Source: Xanthobacter sp. (GTDB taxonomy: Bacteria > Pseudomonadota > Alphaproteobacteria > Rhizobiales > Xanthobacteraceae). From it: DNA of 64,000 bases. The stretch lies in NCBI GenBank assembly GCA_035911315.1, contig JAMHVS010000061.1, forward strand, positions 103,769 through 167,768, in the 5' to 3' direction. Each line of letters begins with the position of its first letter. The first letter of the stretch is position 1. The notes beneath the pieces are model-generated. The model did not search any database, was not told the origin of the DNA, and was given only the letters and a program-made list of their open reading frames with translations. Below are positions 1-8,986 of this stretch, piece after piece. The translations under genes were made by a program, and so were the position numbers.

Positions 1-522
1 ATAGTCACGCGCGGTTCAGGGGGGCACTGGCAGATTGTGCCGCTGGATGAACAGCGGTGCCATAATCTTTACGAGTTGCGCCGGGTGCTGGAGCCCATCG
101 CCCTGCGTGCGGCAGCCCCCTTTATTCCGGTTGCGAAGCTGAAAGCCATGCAGCGCCGGCTGGAGAACGCGCTGGATGCGATGCCGGATGTGTCTATCCG
201 CGAACTGGACAGGCTGGAGAGTGACCTGCACGCCACCTGCCTGTCTTTTTGCCCGAATGGCGAGTTTCTGGAAGTCCTGATGCGGGCCTCACCCACCTAT
301 ATCTGCGGCAAGTATCTGGAAGTGATTCTGCGTGATAACCCGATCATCGAATCCTTCATGCATGAGCATCTGGTTGTGATCGGCGCGCTGCTGCGCGGGC
401 AGAATGATGCGGCGGCGCAGGCGCTGGAGCGCCATATTTCGCAGTCGACCGACCAGATCGGTGAACGTCTGAGCCGGTTTCTGGCGCTCAAGACCCCGCC
501 CAATGTGCCTTTCATCCGCTAG
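1..522 (+). CDS. GntR-family transcriptional regulator, C-terminal FCD-type ligand-binding domain (5' end outside window)
   Basis: Frame 1 is open from nt 1 into the listed ORF 37..522. The helical sequence (LYELRRVLEP, HxxL repeats) is typical of FCD domains. The N-terminal wHTH is cut off by the window edge. Confidence 0.7.
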   Translation: MVTRGSGGHWQIVPLDEQRCHNLYELRRVLEPIALRAAAPFIPVAKLKAMQRRLENALDAMPDVSIRELDRLESDLHATCLSFCPNGEFLEVLMRASPTYICGKYLEVILRDNPIIESFMHEHLVVIGALLRGQNDAAAQALERHISQSTDQIGERLSRFLALKTPPNVPFIR

Positions 523-534
523 GCGGGGTTGGGC

Positions 535-1359
535 TCAGGGCGCGAAGGTAATGGCCACAGGGACGTGGTCGGATGGCTTTTCCCAGCCGCGTGCATCCTG
601 AAGCACCGCCATGGCACTGGCATGCGGGGCAAGGGCGGGGTTGGCCCAGACATGGTCCAGTCGCCGGCCGCGATCACTGGCCCGAAAATCGCGGGAGCGG
701 TAGCTCCACCATGTGAAGAGCTTGTCCTGCGGGGGTACGAAGCGGCGCATGGTGTCCACCCAGCCGCCGGCATTTTGCAGGGTGGTGAACTTCTCCACCT
801 CTACAGGCGTGTGGCTCACCACATTCAGAAGCTGGCGGTGGCTCCACACATCGGTTTCCAGCGGGGCGATGTTGAGATCGCCGACAACGACTGAATAATG
901 GTCCTGCGCCGCTGCATCAGCTAAAAGCATGGAACTGCTGGTCATCTGATCGAGAAAAGCCAGCTTGTGCGCGAATTTGGGGTTGATGACCACATCCGGT
1001 TCATCACCGCCCGCTGGCACATAGAAATTATGGATGGTCACCGGCTTGTCGAGCCCGGCCGCCGTGCCCAGCGTCACGCCCACATGGCGCGCCTCGCCCT
1101 TGGTGCAGAAATCGCCGCGCGTGGTCTGCGTGAAAGGGTGCTTTGAGAGGGTCGCGACCCCGTGCCAGCCTTTCTGGCCGTTCAGGGCAATGTGCTCAAA
1201 GCCCAGTTCGCGCACGGCTTTCAGGGGGAACTTGTCATCCTGGCACTTGGTTTCCTGAAGGCAGAGCACGTCCGGCTTCAGGGTTTCCACCACCATGCGC
1301 AGCAGATCGAGACGGATGCGGATGGAGTTGATGTTCCAGGTGCAGATGGTGAGGGACAA
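535..1359 (-). CDS. xthA: Exodeoxyribonuclease III (AP endonuclease)
   Basis: The translation has ICTWNINSIRIRLD, LCLQETK, GDLNIAP and SDHVPV, which are hallmarks of the ExoIII/EEP family. The maximal ORF runs to 1422 but would overlap the upstream LysR gene. A TTG at 1359 gives an MSLTICTWN start. The exact start is uncertain. Confidence 0.85.
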   Translation of the reverse strand: MSLTICTWNINSIRIRLDLLRMVVETLKPDVLCLQETKCQDDKFPLKAVRELGFEHIALNGQKGWHGVATLSKHPFTQTTRGDFCTKGEARHVGVTLGTAAGLDKPVTIHNFYVPAGGDEPDVVINPKFAHKLAFLDQMTSSSMLLADAAAQDHYSVVVGDLNIAPLETDVWSHRQLLNVVSHTPVEVEKFTTLQNAGGWVDTMRRFVPPQDKLFTWWSYRSRDFRASDRGRRLDHVWANPALAPHASAMAVLQDARGWEKPSDHVPVAITFAP

Positions 1360-1396
1360 GGCGACCTGCGTATGCTGAAAGAAAGGATGCCTTCGC

Positions 1397-2353
1397 TTAC
1401 AAGTTGCCGGGTGTGGGGGCAAGCGAAGAGGAGGGTGAGGGAGAGGCAGGATCGGTTCGCGTCATCACCTCGAACAGGCCCACCAGCCAGTCCCGGAACA
1501 CCCGAAAGCGCGGGGAAAGCTGGCGGTTTTGCGGGTACAGCAGAAATACAGGCGAAGGCGAGGGCGGGAATGCGGGCAGCACCTGTTCCAGTGTGCCGGC
1601 ATTCAGCATGGCTTCCACATGATAATGCGGCACCTGAATGAGGCCGAGCCCCAGCAGGGCTGCCGCCACATAGCTTTCCGCTGCTGTCACGCTGAAACTG
1701 GATGGCAGGGTGATCTGGCGCAATTGTCCATCCACACTGAATTCCAGCGGCAGCAGAGCACCCGTGGCGGTGGAGTGGAAGCCCACCATGCGGTGCCCGC
1801 CCGCAAGGTCATCGGGATGTGATGGCCGGCCGTGGCGCACGAGATAGGCGGGGGCGGCAAGGGTGACTTCATCCAGCAGGGTGAGGCGGCGTGCCACCAT
1901 TCCACTATCGGGCAGGTTGCCCACCCGCACCACGCAGTCGAGCCCCTCGCGCACCGGGTCCGCCCAGCGGTCGCCTTCGCTCATATGAATGTCGATATCG
2001 GGATAGGCGGCAAGGAAGGCGGGGAGGGCAGGCAGGATGACATGGCGCGCCAGAGTGCCGTGCACTTCCACGCGCAGATGCCCGGCAGGATGAGCGCTGG
2101 TGAAGGCGCTTTCTGCATCCTCGATCTCGGCGAGTATGGAAAGACAGCGCTGATAATAGGCCGCGCCATCCAGCGTGGGGCTCACATGGCGCGTGGTGCG
2201 CTGGAGCAGGCGCACACCTAGCCGTGCCTCCAGAGCACGGATGGCATCCGAGATCGTAGAGCGCGGCAGGTCCAGATCCTCTGCCGCACGGGTGAAACTG
2301 CGCCGCTCCACCACACGGGTGAAGACCTGCATGCTTGTCAGGCGATCCATCAC
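1397..2353 (-). CDS. LysR-family transcriptional regulator
   Basis: N-terminal wHTH (MDRLTSMQVFTRVVERRSFTRAAEDLDLPRSTISDAIRALE) followed by a LysR substrate-binding domain. Divergent from the SDR gene. Confidence 0.9.
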   Translation of the reverse strand: MMDRLTSMQVFTRVVERRSFTRAAEDLDLPRSTISDAIRALEARLGVRLLQRTTRHVSPTLDGAAYYQRCLSILAEIEDAESAFTSAHPAGHLRVEVHGTLARHVILPALPAFLAAYPDIDIHMSEGDRWADPVREGLDCVVRVGNLPDSGMVARRLTLLDEVTLAAPAYLVRHGRPSHPDDLAGGHRMVGFHSTATGALLPLEFSVDGQLRQITLPSSFSVTAAESYVAAALLGLGLIQVPHYHVEAMLNAGTLEQVLPAFPPSPSPVFLLYPQNRQLSPRFRVFRDWLVGLFEVMTRTDPASPSPSSSLAPTPGNL

Positions 2354-2382
2354 ACTGTTCGGCTTGCTCGGATAAAGATGGC

Positions 2383-2401
2383 GGATAGTGGCAGATTATC
2401 C
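2383..2401. promoter_or_regulatory. Candidate LysR box (GGATA-N9-TATCC, contains T-N11-A)
   Basis: Inverted repeat GGATAgtggcagatTATCC in the divergent LysR/SDR intergenic region. It fits the classic ATA-N9-TAT / T-N11-A architecture. Confidence 0.4.
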
Positions 2402-2543
2402 GTTTATTGAAAGGGGGCATTCTCTGCTGCCAGAGCATTAAGGAGCGAAGTGGATAGTCCGGTTCGCATCAGGATCGTGCGGCCACTCAAGAATCGGCAG
2501 CGTTATTCCGGTTCTTGACGCCGACAGATGCTCTCGCAGCAGG

Positions 2544-3302
2544 ATGGAAGAGCACGGCATGTCGATACAGGGTGAGCGCAAGGTTGCAATTGTCACCGGG
2601 GCTTCGCGGGGCATCGGGGCGGTGGTGGCGCAAAGACTGGCGGCGGAAGGGTTTGCCGTTGTCGTGAATTATGCCGGCTCGGCACAGGCGGCGCAGGATG
2701 TGGTGGCGGAAATCATCCAGTCTGGCGGGCAGGCCATTGCCGTGCAGGCGGATGTGGCTGATGCGAATGCCGTGCACCGCCTTTTTGAGATGGCGCAGGA
2801 AACTTATGGCGGGGTGGATGTGCTGGTGAACAATGCCGGCATTATGCAGCTCTCGCCGCTGGCGGATATGGCGGATGAGATGTTCTCGAAGCAGGTCGCC
2901 ATCAATCTGCAAGGCGTGTTCAATGGCCTGCGTGAAGCCGCGCGCACGCTGCGTAATGGCGGGCGCATCATCAATTTCTCATCCAGCGTGGTGGGGCTCT
3001 ATCAGCCCGGCTATGGCGTCTATGCCGCCACCAAGGCCGGGGTGGAGGCGCTGACCCATGTGCTGGCGAACGAGTTGCGGGGGCGCAATATCACGGTGAA
3101 CGCCATTGCGCCCGGTCCCACGGCGACAGACCTGTTTCTCAATGGCAAGCCGCCAGAACTGGTGGAGCGCCTCTCCCGCCTCGCCCCGCTGGAGCGGCTG
3201 GGCCAGCCGGATGATATCGCCGGTGTCGTCGCCTTCCTCGCCGGGCCAGATGGAGGCTGGGTCAACGGACAGGTGCTGCGGGCCAATGGCGGGATTGTCT
3301 AG
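2544..3302 (+). CDS. SDR-family oxidoreductase (short-chain dehydrogenase/reductase)
   Basis: TGASRGIG Rossmann motif, NNAG, and the catalytic YxxxK (YAATKAG). Length about 250 aa. Confidence 0.9.
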   Translation: MEEHGMSIQGERKVAIVTGASRGIGAVVAQRLAAEGFAVVVNYAGSAQAAQDVVAEIIQSGGQAIAVQADVADANAVHRLFEMAQETYGGVDVLVNNAGIMQLSPLADMADEMFSKQVAINLQGVFNGLREAARTLRNGGRIINFSSSVVGLYQPGYGVYAATKAGVEALTHVLANELRGRNITVNAIAPGPTATDLFLNGKPPELVERLSRLAPLERLGQPDDIAGVVAFLAGPDGGWVNGQVLRANGGIV

Positions 3303-3322
3303 GGGCTGCACCGCGCATTCAG

Positions 3323-3358
3323 GCGGGCGGGAGGGACAGGGCTTGTCCTTCCGCCCGC
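3323..3358. terminator. GC-rich hairpin between convergent SDR and lolA genes
   Basis: gcgggcgggagggaca-gggc-ttgtccttccgcccgc, a 16-bp stem with one G-U pair. There is no clear U-tract on either strand. Confidence 0.35.
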
Positions 3359-3367
3359 ACTTGGCAA

Positions 3368-4366
3368 TCAGCGCAGGATGCGTTCGAAATTGATGACGAA
3401 CAGGCGCGGGTCCGGATTGGTGTTCGGCTTTGACGTGTTCAGAACCACCTGCGTGTCATAGCCCTGTGGATCGGTGATGATCCATTGCTTGAGCGCGCCG
3501 CTCTTCACATCAAACAGCAGCAGCAGGCGATAGGTGCCCATCATCGGCACCTGCTGCTGCATCACCACGGTGACGAAGCGCTCATCCTGGAAGATGTCGG
3601 TGACATGCTTGTCGCGCGCCAGATCTACCTGCTGGGCAAGGAGAAAGCGCAGCGGGGTCTGGCCCAGCGGCGTGATGTCCTGCGTGTTCAGGCGGCGGTC
3701 ACGCACCGCGACAGACTGGCCGTTGGCGATGAGTTCCACCGGGCTCGGATCATCATACTGGAAGCGCACGCGGCCGGGCTTCTGCATGTAGAAATCGCCG
3801 GTGCGGCGGCTTCCGTCCGGATCAGTCTGGGTGAAGGTGCCGGTCATGGACTGGACGGAATTGTAGTAATCCGTGATGCGCTGGACGGTGGCAGCGGTCG
3901 CGCGCCCATCCACGGCGGGTTGGACACCGCCACGGGCCTGTTGCTGCGCGGGCGGAGCCCCCATCTCCGGATTGCCGGTAGCCATGCCGCCACCGGCCAC
4001 ACCGCCGCCCGAGGCAACAGGGGCAGGTGCCGAACCGGGCCTGCGTGGCGGCAGGGGCACAGAACCGGGTGCAGCCTGCTGGGACATATCCTGAGCCGGT
4101 GCTGCAATGCCGCCTGGCATGGCGCCTGTGGGCGGGGGAGCGCCCGGTGCATTCTGCCACACTTCAGATGGCGTCTCCGGTTCCACAGGCTGCTGCTGGG
4201 CCTGTGGCTTGAAGAGCTTGTCGAGCGTGTTGGTGAGGAAGTCCTGTGCCTGCACGGGTGCGCCGCACGCAAGGGTCAGGGCGAGAATCAGCCCCCCGGT
4301 CAGGGCGCGTCTGGCGCGCGTGCGGTTCGGCATCATCTTGAAATCTCTGGCACGAGGACGGGTCAC
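3368..4366 (-). CDS. lolA: LolA-like outer-membrane lipoprotein carrier protein with a long Pro/Ala/Gly/Gln-rich N-terminal extension
   Basis: The C-terminal ~170 aa (TFTQTDPDGSRRTGDFYMQKPGRVRFQYDDP...) reads as a LolA fold. Signal peptide MMPNRTRARRALTGGLILALTLACGAPVQA. Sits directly downstream of ftsK, as is common in proteobacteria. The start may be the Met at 4336. Confidence 0.8.
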   Translation of the reverse strand: MTRPRARDFKMMPNRTRARRALTGGLILALTLACGAPVQAQDFLTNTLDKLFKPQAQQQPVEPETPSEVWQNAPGAPPPTGAMPGGIAAPAQDMSQQAAPGSVPLPPRRPGSAPAPVASGGGVAGGGMATGNPEMGAPPAQQQARGGVQPAVDGRATAATVQRITDYYNSVQSMTGTFTQTDPDGSRRTGDFYMQKPGRVRFQYDDPSPVELIANGQSVAVRDRRLNTQDITPLGQTPLRFLLAQQVDLARDKHVTDIFQDERFVTVVMQQQVPMMGTYRLLLLFDVKSGALKQWIITDPQGYDTQVVLNTSKPNTNPDPRLFVINFERILR

Positions 4367-4574
4367 GGCGGCGGGGCACTCGCTGGTGAGGGGCGTACTG
4401 AGCTGTAACTGGCCCTCTCCTAGGGCAAGCCTATGGCAATCCTGTGGTTCGTTTGCGTGTGTGACACAAGCCGAAAGGGGCGCGCAAGCACCCCTTTCCT
4501 TTCATCTTCACCATTCGGCCTCCCCAAATGCATGGAACACGCCAAACCGGGCGCAGTCGCCTTCGTGCGCAGGC

Positions 4575-7049
4575 TCACTCCGCGGCTTCCTCCGGCAGAA
4601 GAATTTCGCGCTTTCCGGCATGGTTGGGCGGGCTGATGATGCCCTCATCCTCCATGCGCTCCACCAGTGAAGCTGCGCGGTTATATCCGATCTGGAGCCG
4701 GCGCTGGATATAGGAGGTGGAGCATTTGCGATCGCGCATCACCACACTGAGCGCCTGATCGTAAAGATCCCCTCCTTCTGCGCCGAAGCTGCCCTTGTCG
4801 AACACGGCGCCGTCTTCCTCGGTGTCATCATCCATGGCGGTGATGTCATCAAGATAGGCAGGCACGCCCTGCGTCTTCAGATGGGCCACCACCTCTTCCA
4901 CTTCCTCATCGGAAACGAAGGGGCCATGCACGCGGGTGAGGCGGCCACCGCCGGCCATGTAGAGCATGTCGCCCTGACCCAGCAGCTGTTCGGCCCCCAT
5001 CTCGCCCAGAATGGTGCGACTGTCGATCTTGGAGCTGACCTGGAAGGAAATGCGGGTGGGGAAATTGGCCTTGATGGTGCCGGTCACCACATCCACCGAG
5101 GGACGCTGGGTCGCCATCACCAGATGGATGCCGGCGGCACGCGCCATCTGGGCCAGACGCTGGATCGCGCCCTCGATTTCCTTGCCGGCCACCATCATCA
5201 GGTCTGCCATTTCGTCGACGATGACGACGATATAAGGCAGCACCTCGTGGTTCATTTCCTCGCGTTCATAGATGGCCTCGCCGGATTCGTGGCAGAAGCC
5301 GGTCTGAACGGTGCGGGCCATGGTCTCGCCCTTCTCGGCGGCATCACGCACACGGGCATTGAAGCCGTCAATGTTGCGCACGCCGAGCTTGGACATCTTC
5401 TTGTAGCGGTCCTCCATCTCGCGCACCGCCCATTTCAGGGCCACGACAGCCTTTTTCGGGTCGGTGACGACGGGGGCAAGAAGGTGGGGAATGCCGTCAT
5501 AGACAGACAGTTCCAGCATCTTCGGGTCGACCATGATGAAGCGGCACTCTTCCGGCTTCATGCGGTAGAGCAGCGAGAGGATCATGGTGTTGATGGCAAC
5601 CGACTTGCCGGAACCGGTGGTGCCCGCCACCAGAACATGCGGCATGCGGGCCAGATCCGCGATCATCGGCTCGCCATCAATGGTCTTGCCCAGTGCGATC
5701 GCCAGCTTGTGGCCGGAATCCCCGAAATCACGGGTGGCCAGAAGCTCGCGCAGAAGCACCTTGTCGCGCTTCGGGTTGGGCAGTTCGATGCCGATGACAT
5801 TGCGACCCGGAACCACTGCCACGCGGGCGGAGACGGCACTCATGGAGCGGGCGATGTCATCCGCCAGCCCGACGACGCGGGACGACTTGATGCCCGGCGC
5901 GGGCTCCAGTTCATACATGGTCACAAGCGGACCGGGGCGCACATCGCCGATCTCGCCGCGCACGCCAAAATCTTCCAGAGTGGTGTGCAGCAGGGCGGCA
6001 GATTCCCTCAGGGCCTCCGGACTCTGTGTCGGGGCGCGCTGGGCCGGCGGTGGGGTGAGTAGATCCAGTGCCGGGAACTTGTAGCGCCCGGAGCCCTGTG
6101 CACCCCTGCGCGCGGTGCGTGCGCGACGGCCTGTGGCGAGCGGGTCCTGCGTCGCATCATCATTGTCAGGTTCGGAAAAGGCGATGGCGGCGGCTTCTAC
6201 CGGGCTGGCCTTGCGGCCGCCGAGACTGGGCTCGACGCGACCGGGGGCGAGATTGACGGGTGGTTCCGCAACCGTCTTGCGTCGACGGGTGGGGAGCAGG
6301 CCCGCGCCAAACAGGCGGGCCTTGAGCATCAGCATGGTGTGGGTGAGCGCGCCAAGAGAGATGGTGGCGTTGTCTTCCTCGTCATCCTCCGCGTCGTCGT
6401 CCCCATCCTCATCCCATGTCTCCGAGGTGACGGGCAGGGGATTGCGCCGCCCGCCGGCCAGCGCGATGAACAGGCCAACGGCACCGGTTACGGCCCCGAT
6501 GCCGCCGATAATCATGTGGCCCAGCGCGGCAGTCGCACCCGTACCGAAAATGTCCGCAATGCGCAGGAACAGGTCGCCAATCGCACCACCCATGCCGGTG
6601 GTGGTAGACCAGCTTCCGAAGGTTGGCAGCGCACTGAGGAAGGCGCAGGCACCCAGCAGCCCCACACCCCATGCGATGAGGCGCAGCCGTTCGGCGCTGA
6701 AGGGGCGATGCGTCACCAGCCGCCAGCCCCAGTAGAGCAGGGGCAGCACCAGCGCCAGCGCGCCGAGGCCGAAGAACTGCATCATCAGATCCGCAAGGAT
6801 CGCACCCGGCCGCCCCAGCAGGTTGTGCACCTGCGCATTGGTGGCGTTGGAGAAGCTGGGATCGGTTGCTGACCATGTGCCCAGCGCGACCAGCGCCAGC
6901 AACCCGGCTCCGATCATTCCAAGCCCGACAACCTTCCGGCTGAGCCGACGCGCGGCCTGCCGCACGCCTTCGGGAATGAAGTCGAAGCGGGAGGTCTGCG
7001 GCTGCATGCGCGAATGCATCACGGCGTCCACTTGAATGCGGCGTGCCAT
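4575..7049 (-). CDS. ftsK: DNA translocase FtsK
   Basis: N-terminal TM segments, a low-complexity linker, a Walker A motif (GTTGSGKS), an FtsK/SpoIIIE motor domain and a C-terminal gamma wHTH (SYIQRRLQIGYNRAASLVERME). Confidence 0.95.
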   Translation of the reverse strand: MARRIQVDAVMHSRMQPQTSRFDFIPEGVRQAARRLSRKVVGLGMIGAGLLALVALGTWSATDPSFSNATNAQVHNLLGRPGAILADLMMQFFGLGALALVLPLLYWGWRLVTHRPFSAERLRLIAWGVGLLGACAFLSALPTFGSWSTTTGMGGAIGDLFLRIADIFGTGATAALGHMIIGGIGAVTGAVGLFIALAGGRRNPLPVTSETWDEDGDDDAEDDEEDNATISLGALTHTMLMLKARLFGAGLLPTRRRKTVAEPPVNLAPGRVEPSLGGRKASPVEAAAIAFSEPDNDDATQDPLATGRRARTARRGAQGSGRYKFPALDLLTPPPAQRAPTQSPEALRESAALLHTTLEDFGVRGEIGDVRPGPLVTMYELEPAPGIKSSRVVGLADDIARSMSAVSARVAVVPGRNVIGIELPNPKRDKVLLRELLATRDFGDSGHKLAIALGKTIDGEPMIADLARMPHVLVAGTTGSGKSVAINTMILSLLYRMKPEECRFIMVDPKMLELSVYDGIPHLLAPVVTDPKKAVVALKWAVREMEDRYKKMSKLGVRNIDGFNARVRDAAEKGETMARTVQTGFCHESGEAIYEREEMNHEVLPYIVVIVDEMADLMMVAGKEIEGAIQRLAQMARAAGIHLVMATQRPSVDVVTGTIKANFPTRISFQVSSKIDSRTILGEMGAEQLLGQGDMLYMAGGGRLTRVHGPFVSDEEVEEVVAHLKTQGVPAYLDDITAMDDDTEEDGAVFDKGSFGAEGGDLYDQALSVVMRDRKCSTSYIQRRLQIGYNRAASLVERMEDEGIISPPNHAGKREILLPEEAAE

Positions 7050-7063
7050 GGGCCGGCTCTCCT

Positions 7064-8281
7064 TCAGTCCAGTGCGGCGATGAGGCGGGTGAGCACCTCT
7101 TCGCTGGTTGAAAGATCGTGCACCAGCGCCACCCGCAGCCAGTTCTGGCAGGGGTTCTCGCCGGTCAGGTCACGGCGGGCGAGGTATCCGCCCGGAACGG
7201 TGCGCAAGCCCTGCTCACGCCACAGCTTGAGGGCGGCTGCCTCGCCGCCGCTCTGTGTGGACGTGGCGAGGTGCGAGACATCAAGCCACAGGAAGAAGCC
7301 GCCACCGGGGCGCTCATATCCAAAGCGACCGGCAAGGAGGCGGTCTGCCAGATCAAACTTCGCGGCATAGAGGGCGCGCGAGGTCTCCACATGGGTTTCA
7401 TCATCCAGCGCGGCGATAGCGACGGCCTGCAATGGTTCCGGCACCTGCGGCGCGGCCACCCAGCGGAAAGCGAGGAAGGCCTTCAGAAATTCAGGATCCC
7501 CCGCGCAGAAGCCGGCGCGCAGTCCCGGCAGGGACGAGCGCTTGGAGAGGGAGTTGAACGCCACGGCGCGGCTGTAATCGTCGCCCGCGACTTCCAGAAT
7601 GCCGGTGGGCTTTTCCGCGCCCAGATAGATTTCCGAATAGCATTCATCCGAAAACAGATAGGCATTGTGCTGGCGTGCCAGTTCCAGAGCACGGGCCAGA
7701 TAGGCCTTCGAGGCAATGGAGCCCTGAGGATTGGCGGGGGAGGCGATGAAAATCGCGACCGTGCGGGCCAGAAGTGCGGGGTCAAGCGCATCAAGGTCCG
7801 GCAGCCAGCCGGTTTCATGGGTTGTGGGCAGCACGATGGCTTCGCAACCAGCTGCTTCCGCGCCCGCCGCATAGGCGGCATAGAACGGGTTGGGCAGCAG
7901 CATTACTGGCTTATCCTTGCCAGCACCCGCCAGACGGCGGGCGACAAGGGCGGCCGAGAACAGCCCCTCTCGCGAACCGTTCAGCGCCAGCACTTCGCTG
8001 GCCGGGTTCACCGGGCGGGGGAGGGCATAGCGCTGGTTCAGCCAGCGGGCGGCGGCCTCGCGGAAGGCGGGGGTGCCTTCCGCGCGAGGATAACGACCGA
8101 AACCGGAAAGATTTTCCTGCAGCACAGGGCCGACAAAGGCCGGCATGGCGTGCTGGGGCTCACCCACCGCTGCGCTCAGGGGCGTGCGGCCGGGTTCGAC
8201 CTGCGCCAGAAGATCGGCGAGGCGGATGAAGGGAGAGCGGCGCTCATTCTCGGGCGCGGATGTGGCAACGGTGGCGGACAA
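7064..8281 (-). CDS. Class I/II PLP-dependent aminotransferase (AlaC/DapC-like)
   Basis: Fold-type I aminotransferase pattern with NPxNPxG (SPANPQGS) and the Lys motif SLSKRSSLPGLRAGF. Confidence 0.88.
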   Translation of the reverse strand: MSATVATSAPENERRSPFIRLADLLAQVEPGRTPLSAAVGEPQHAMPAFVGPVLQENLSGFGRYPRAEGTPAFREAAARWLNQRYALPRPVNPASEVLALNGSREGLFSAALVARRLAGAGKDKPVMLLPNPFYAAYAAGAEAAGCEAIVLPTTHETGWLPDLDALDPALLARTVAIFIASPANPQGSIASKAYLARALELARQHNAYLFSDECYSEIYLGAEKPTGILEVAGDDYSRAVAFNSLSKRSSLPGLRAGFCAGDPEFLKAFLAFRWVAAPQVPEPLQAVAIAALDDETHVETSRALYAAKFDLADRLLAGRFGYERPGGGFFLWLDVSHLATSTQSGGEAAALKLWREQGLRTVPGGYLARRDLTGENPCQNWLRVALVHDLSTSEEVLTRLIAALD

Positions 8282-8361
8282 GGGCGGCAGCCTTAACTCG
8301 CAGCATGAACAATTATGCCTATTCTTGCCGCCTGCCGGTTAAGGTGTAGTTACCCATGTTG

Positions 8362-8401
8362 AAAATAGTTTTTTGACCTTTATAGTCAAGCATTTGATAT
8401 T
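8362..8401. promoter_or_regulatory. Overlapping face-to-face sigma70-like promoter pair around a TTGAC..GTCAA palindrome
   Basis: Plus strand: TTGACC (8373-8378), 17-nt spacer, GATATT (8396-8401). Minus strand: TTGACT (8389-8384), 16-nt spacer, TATTTT (8367-8362), reading toward the aminotransferase start at 8281. These are pattern matches only. Confidence 0.3.
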
Positions 8402-8760
8402 AAACGGGATATGAGGTCCGGGTTTCACGCGGTGGTGTTCTGCGGAGGCCCTGATCTGGTTCCCCCGGCGTCACCTTAACGGCCCGGCTATTTGTCGATA
8501 CCGTGGCCGTCTGGCTATCCGCCCTTGCCCCTCGCTGCGGTTGTGATCTCATGGGTTTGAATGAGGCCGCATCCGGGTGGTTCATGCCATTCGGGTGATA
8601 GCGGAGAACGTTTCAGGACAGAGGATTTCGTGACTTAAATCTGGGTCACAATCTTGACCTGTATGCCGTTGCCAACTGCCCATCTCATGGAGCAGCGAAG
8701 CCGCAGGAAGATCAGAAATTTCAAAGTGATCTGAAAACCGGCCCCAACAAAGGGGAATAC

Positions 8761-8834
8761 TGGAGCGGGCGAAGGGAATCGAACCCTCGTATGCAGCTTG
8801 GGAAGCTGCCGTTCTACCATTGAACTACGCCCGC
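8761..8834 (-). tRNA. tRNA-Gly (anticodon CCC)
   Basis: The reverse complement GCGGGCGTAGTTCAATGGTAGAACGGCAGCTTCCCAAGCTGCATACGAGGGTTCGATTCCCTTCGCCCGCTCCA folds into a cloverleaf. It has a 7-bp acceptor stem, a D arm GTTC/GAAC, an anticodon stem GCAGC/GCTGC with loop TTCCCAA, a TPsiC loop TTCGATT and an encoded CCA. Confidence 0.95.
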
Positions 8835-8986
8835 ATGCCCGGCACCATAGCCAAGCTGCCCCCCTGCCAGCAAGCGCTAATGCGCAAGGCACACAATCTT
8901 TGAACACTCCTTTGTTCTGGCACCGCCTTAGAAGGACGGGCGCCATCTGCTTTTCCTGTCCCAGAGCTTGAGCTTCACGCCCAGAA

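Noticed and set aside
4881-6062. Very long antisense or out-of-frame ORFs inside well-supported genes. Examples: 393 aa antisense to ftsK; 392 aa at 7118..8296; 340 aa at 18122..19144; 313-314 aa at 21925..22866 and 22873..23817; 336 aa at 25721..26731; 357 aa at 27749..28822; 455 aa at 42955..44322 and 61194..62561.
   Set aside because: These are typical shadow ORFs of high-GC DNA, where stop codons are rare on the antisense strand. Their translations are Arg/Gly/His/Ala-rich low-complexity sequence with no recognisable motifs. The opposite-strand genes have clear family signatures.
8635-8946. A 103-aa ORF on the minus strand.
   Set aside because: It runs straight through the tRNA-Gly gene (8761-8834). 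The tRNA cloverleaf is unambiguous.
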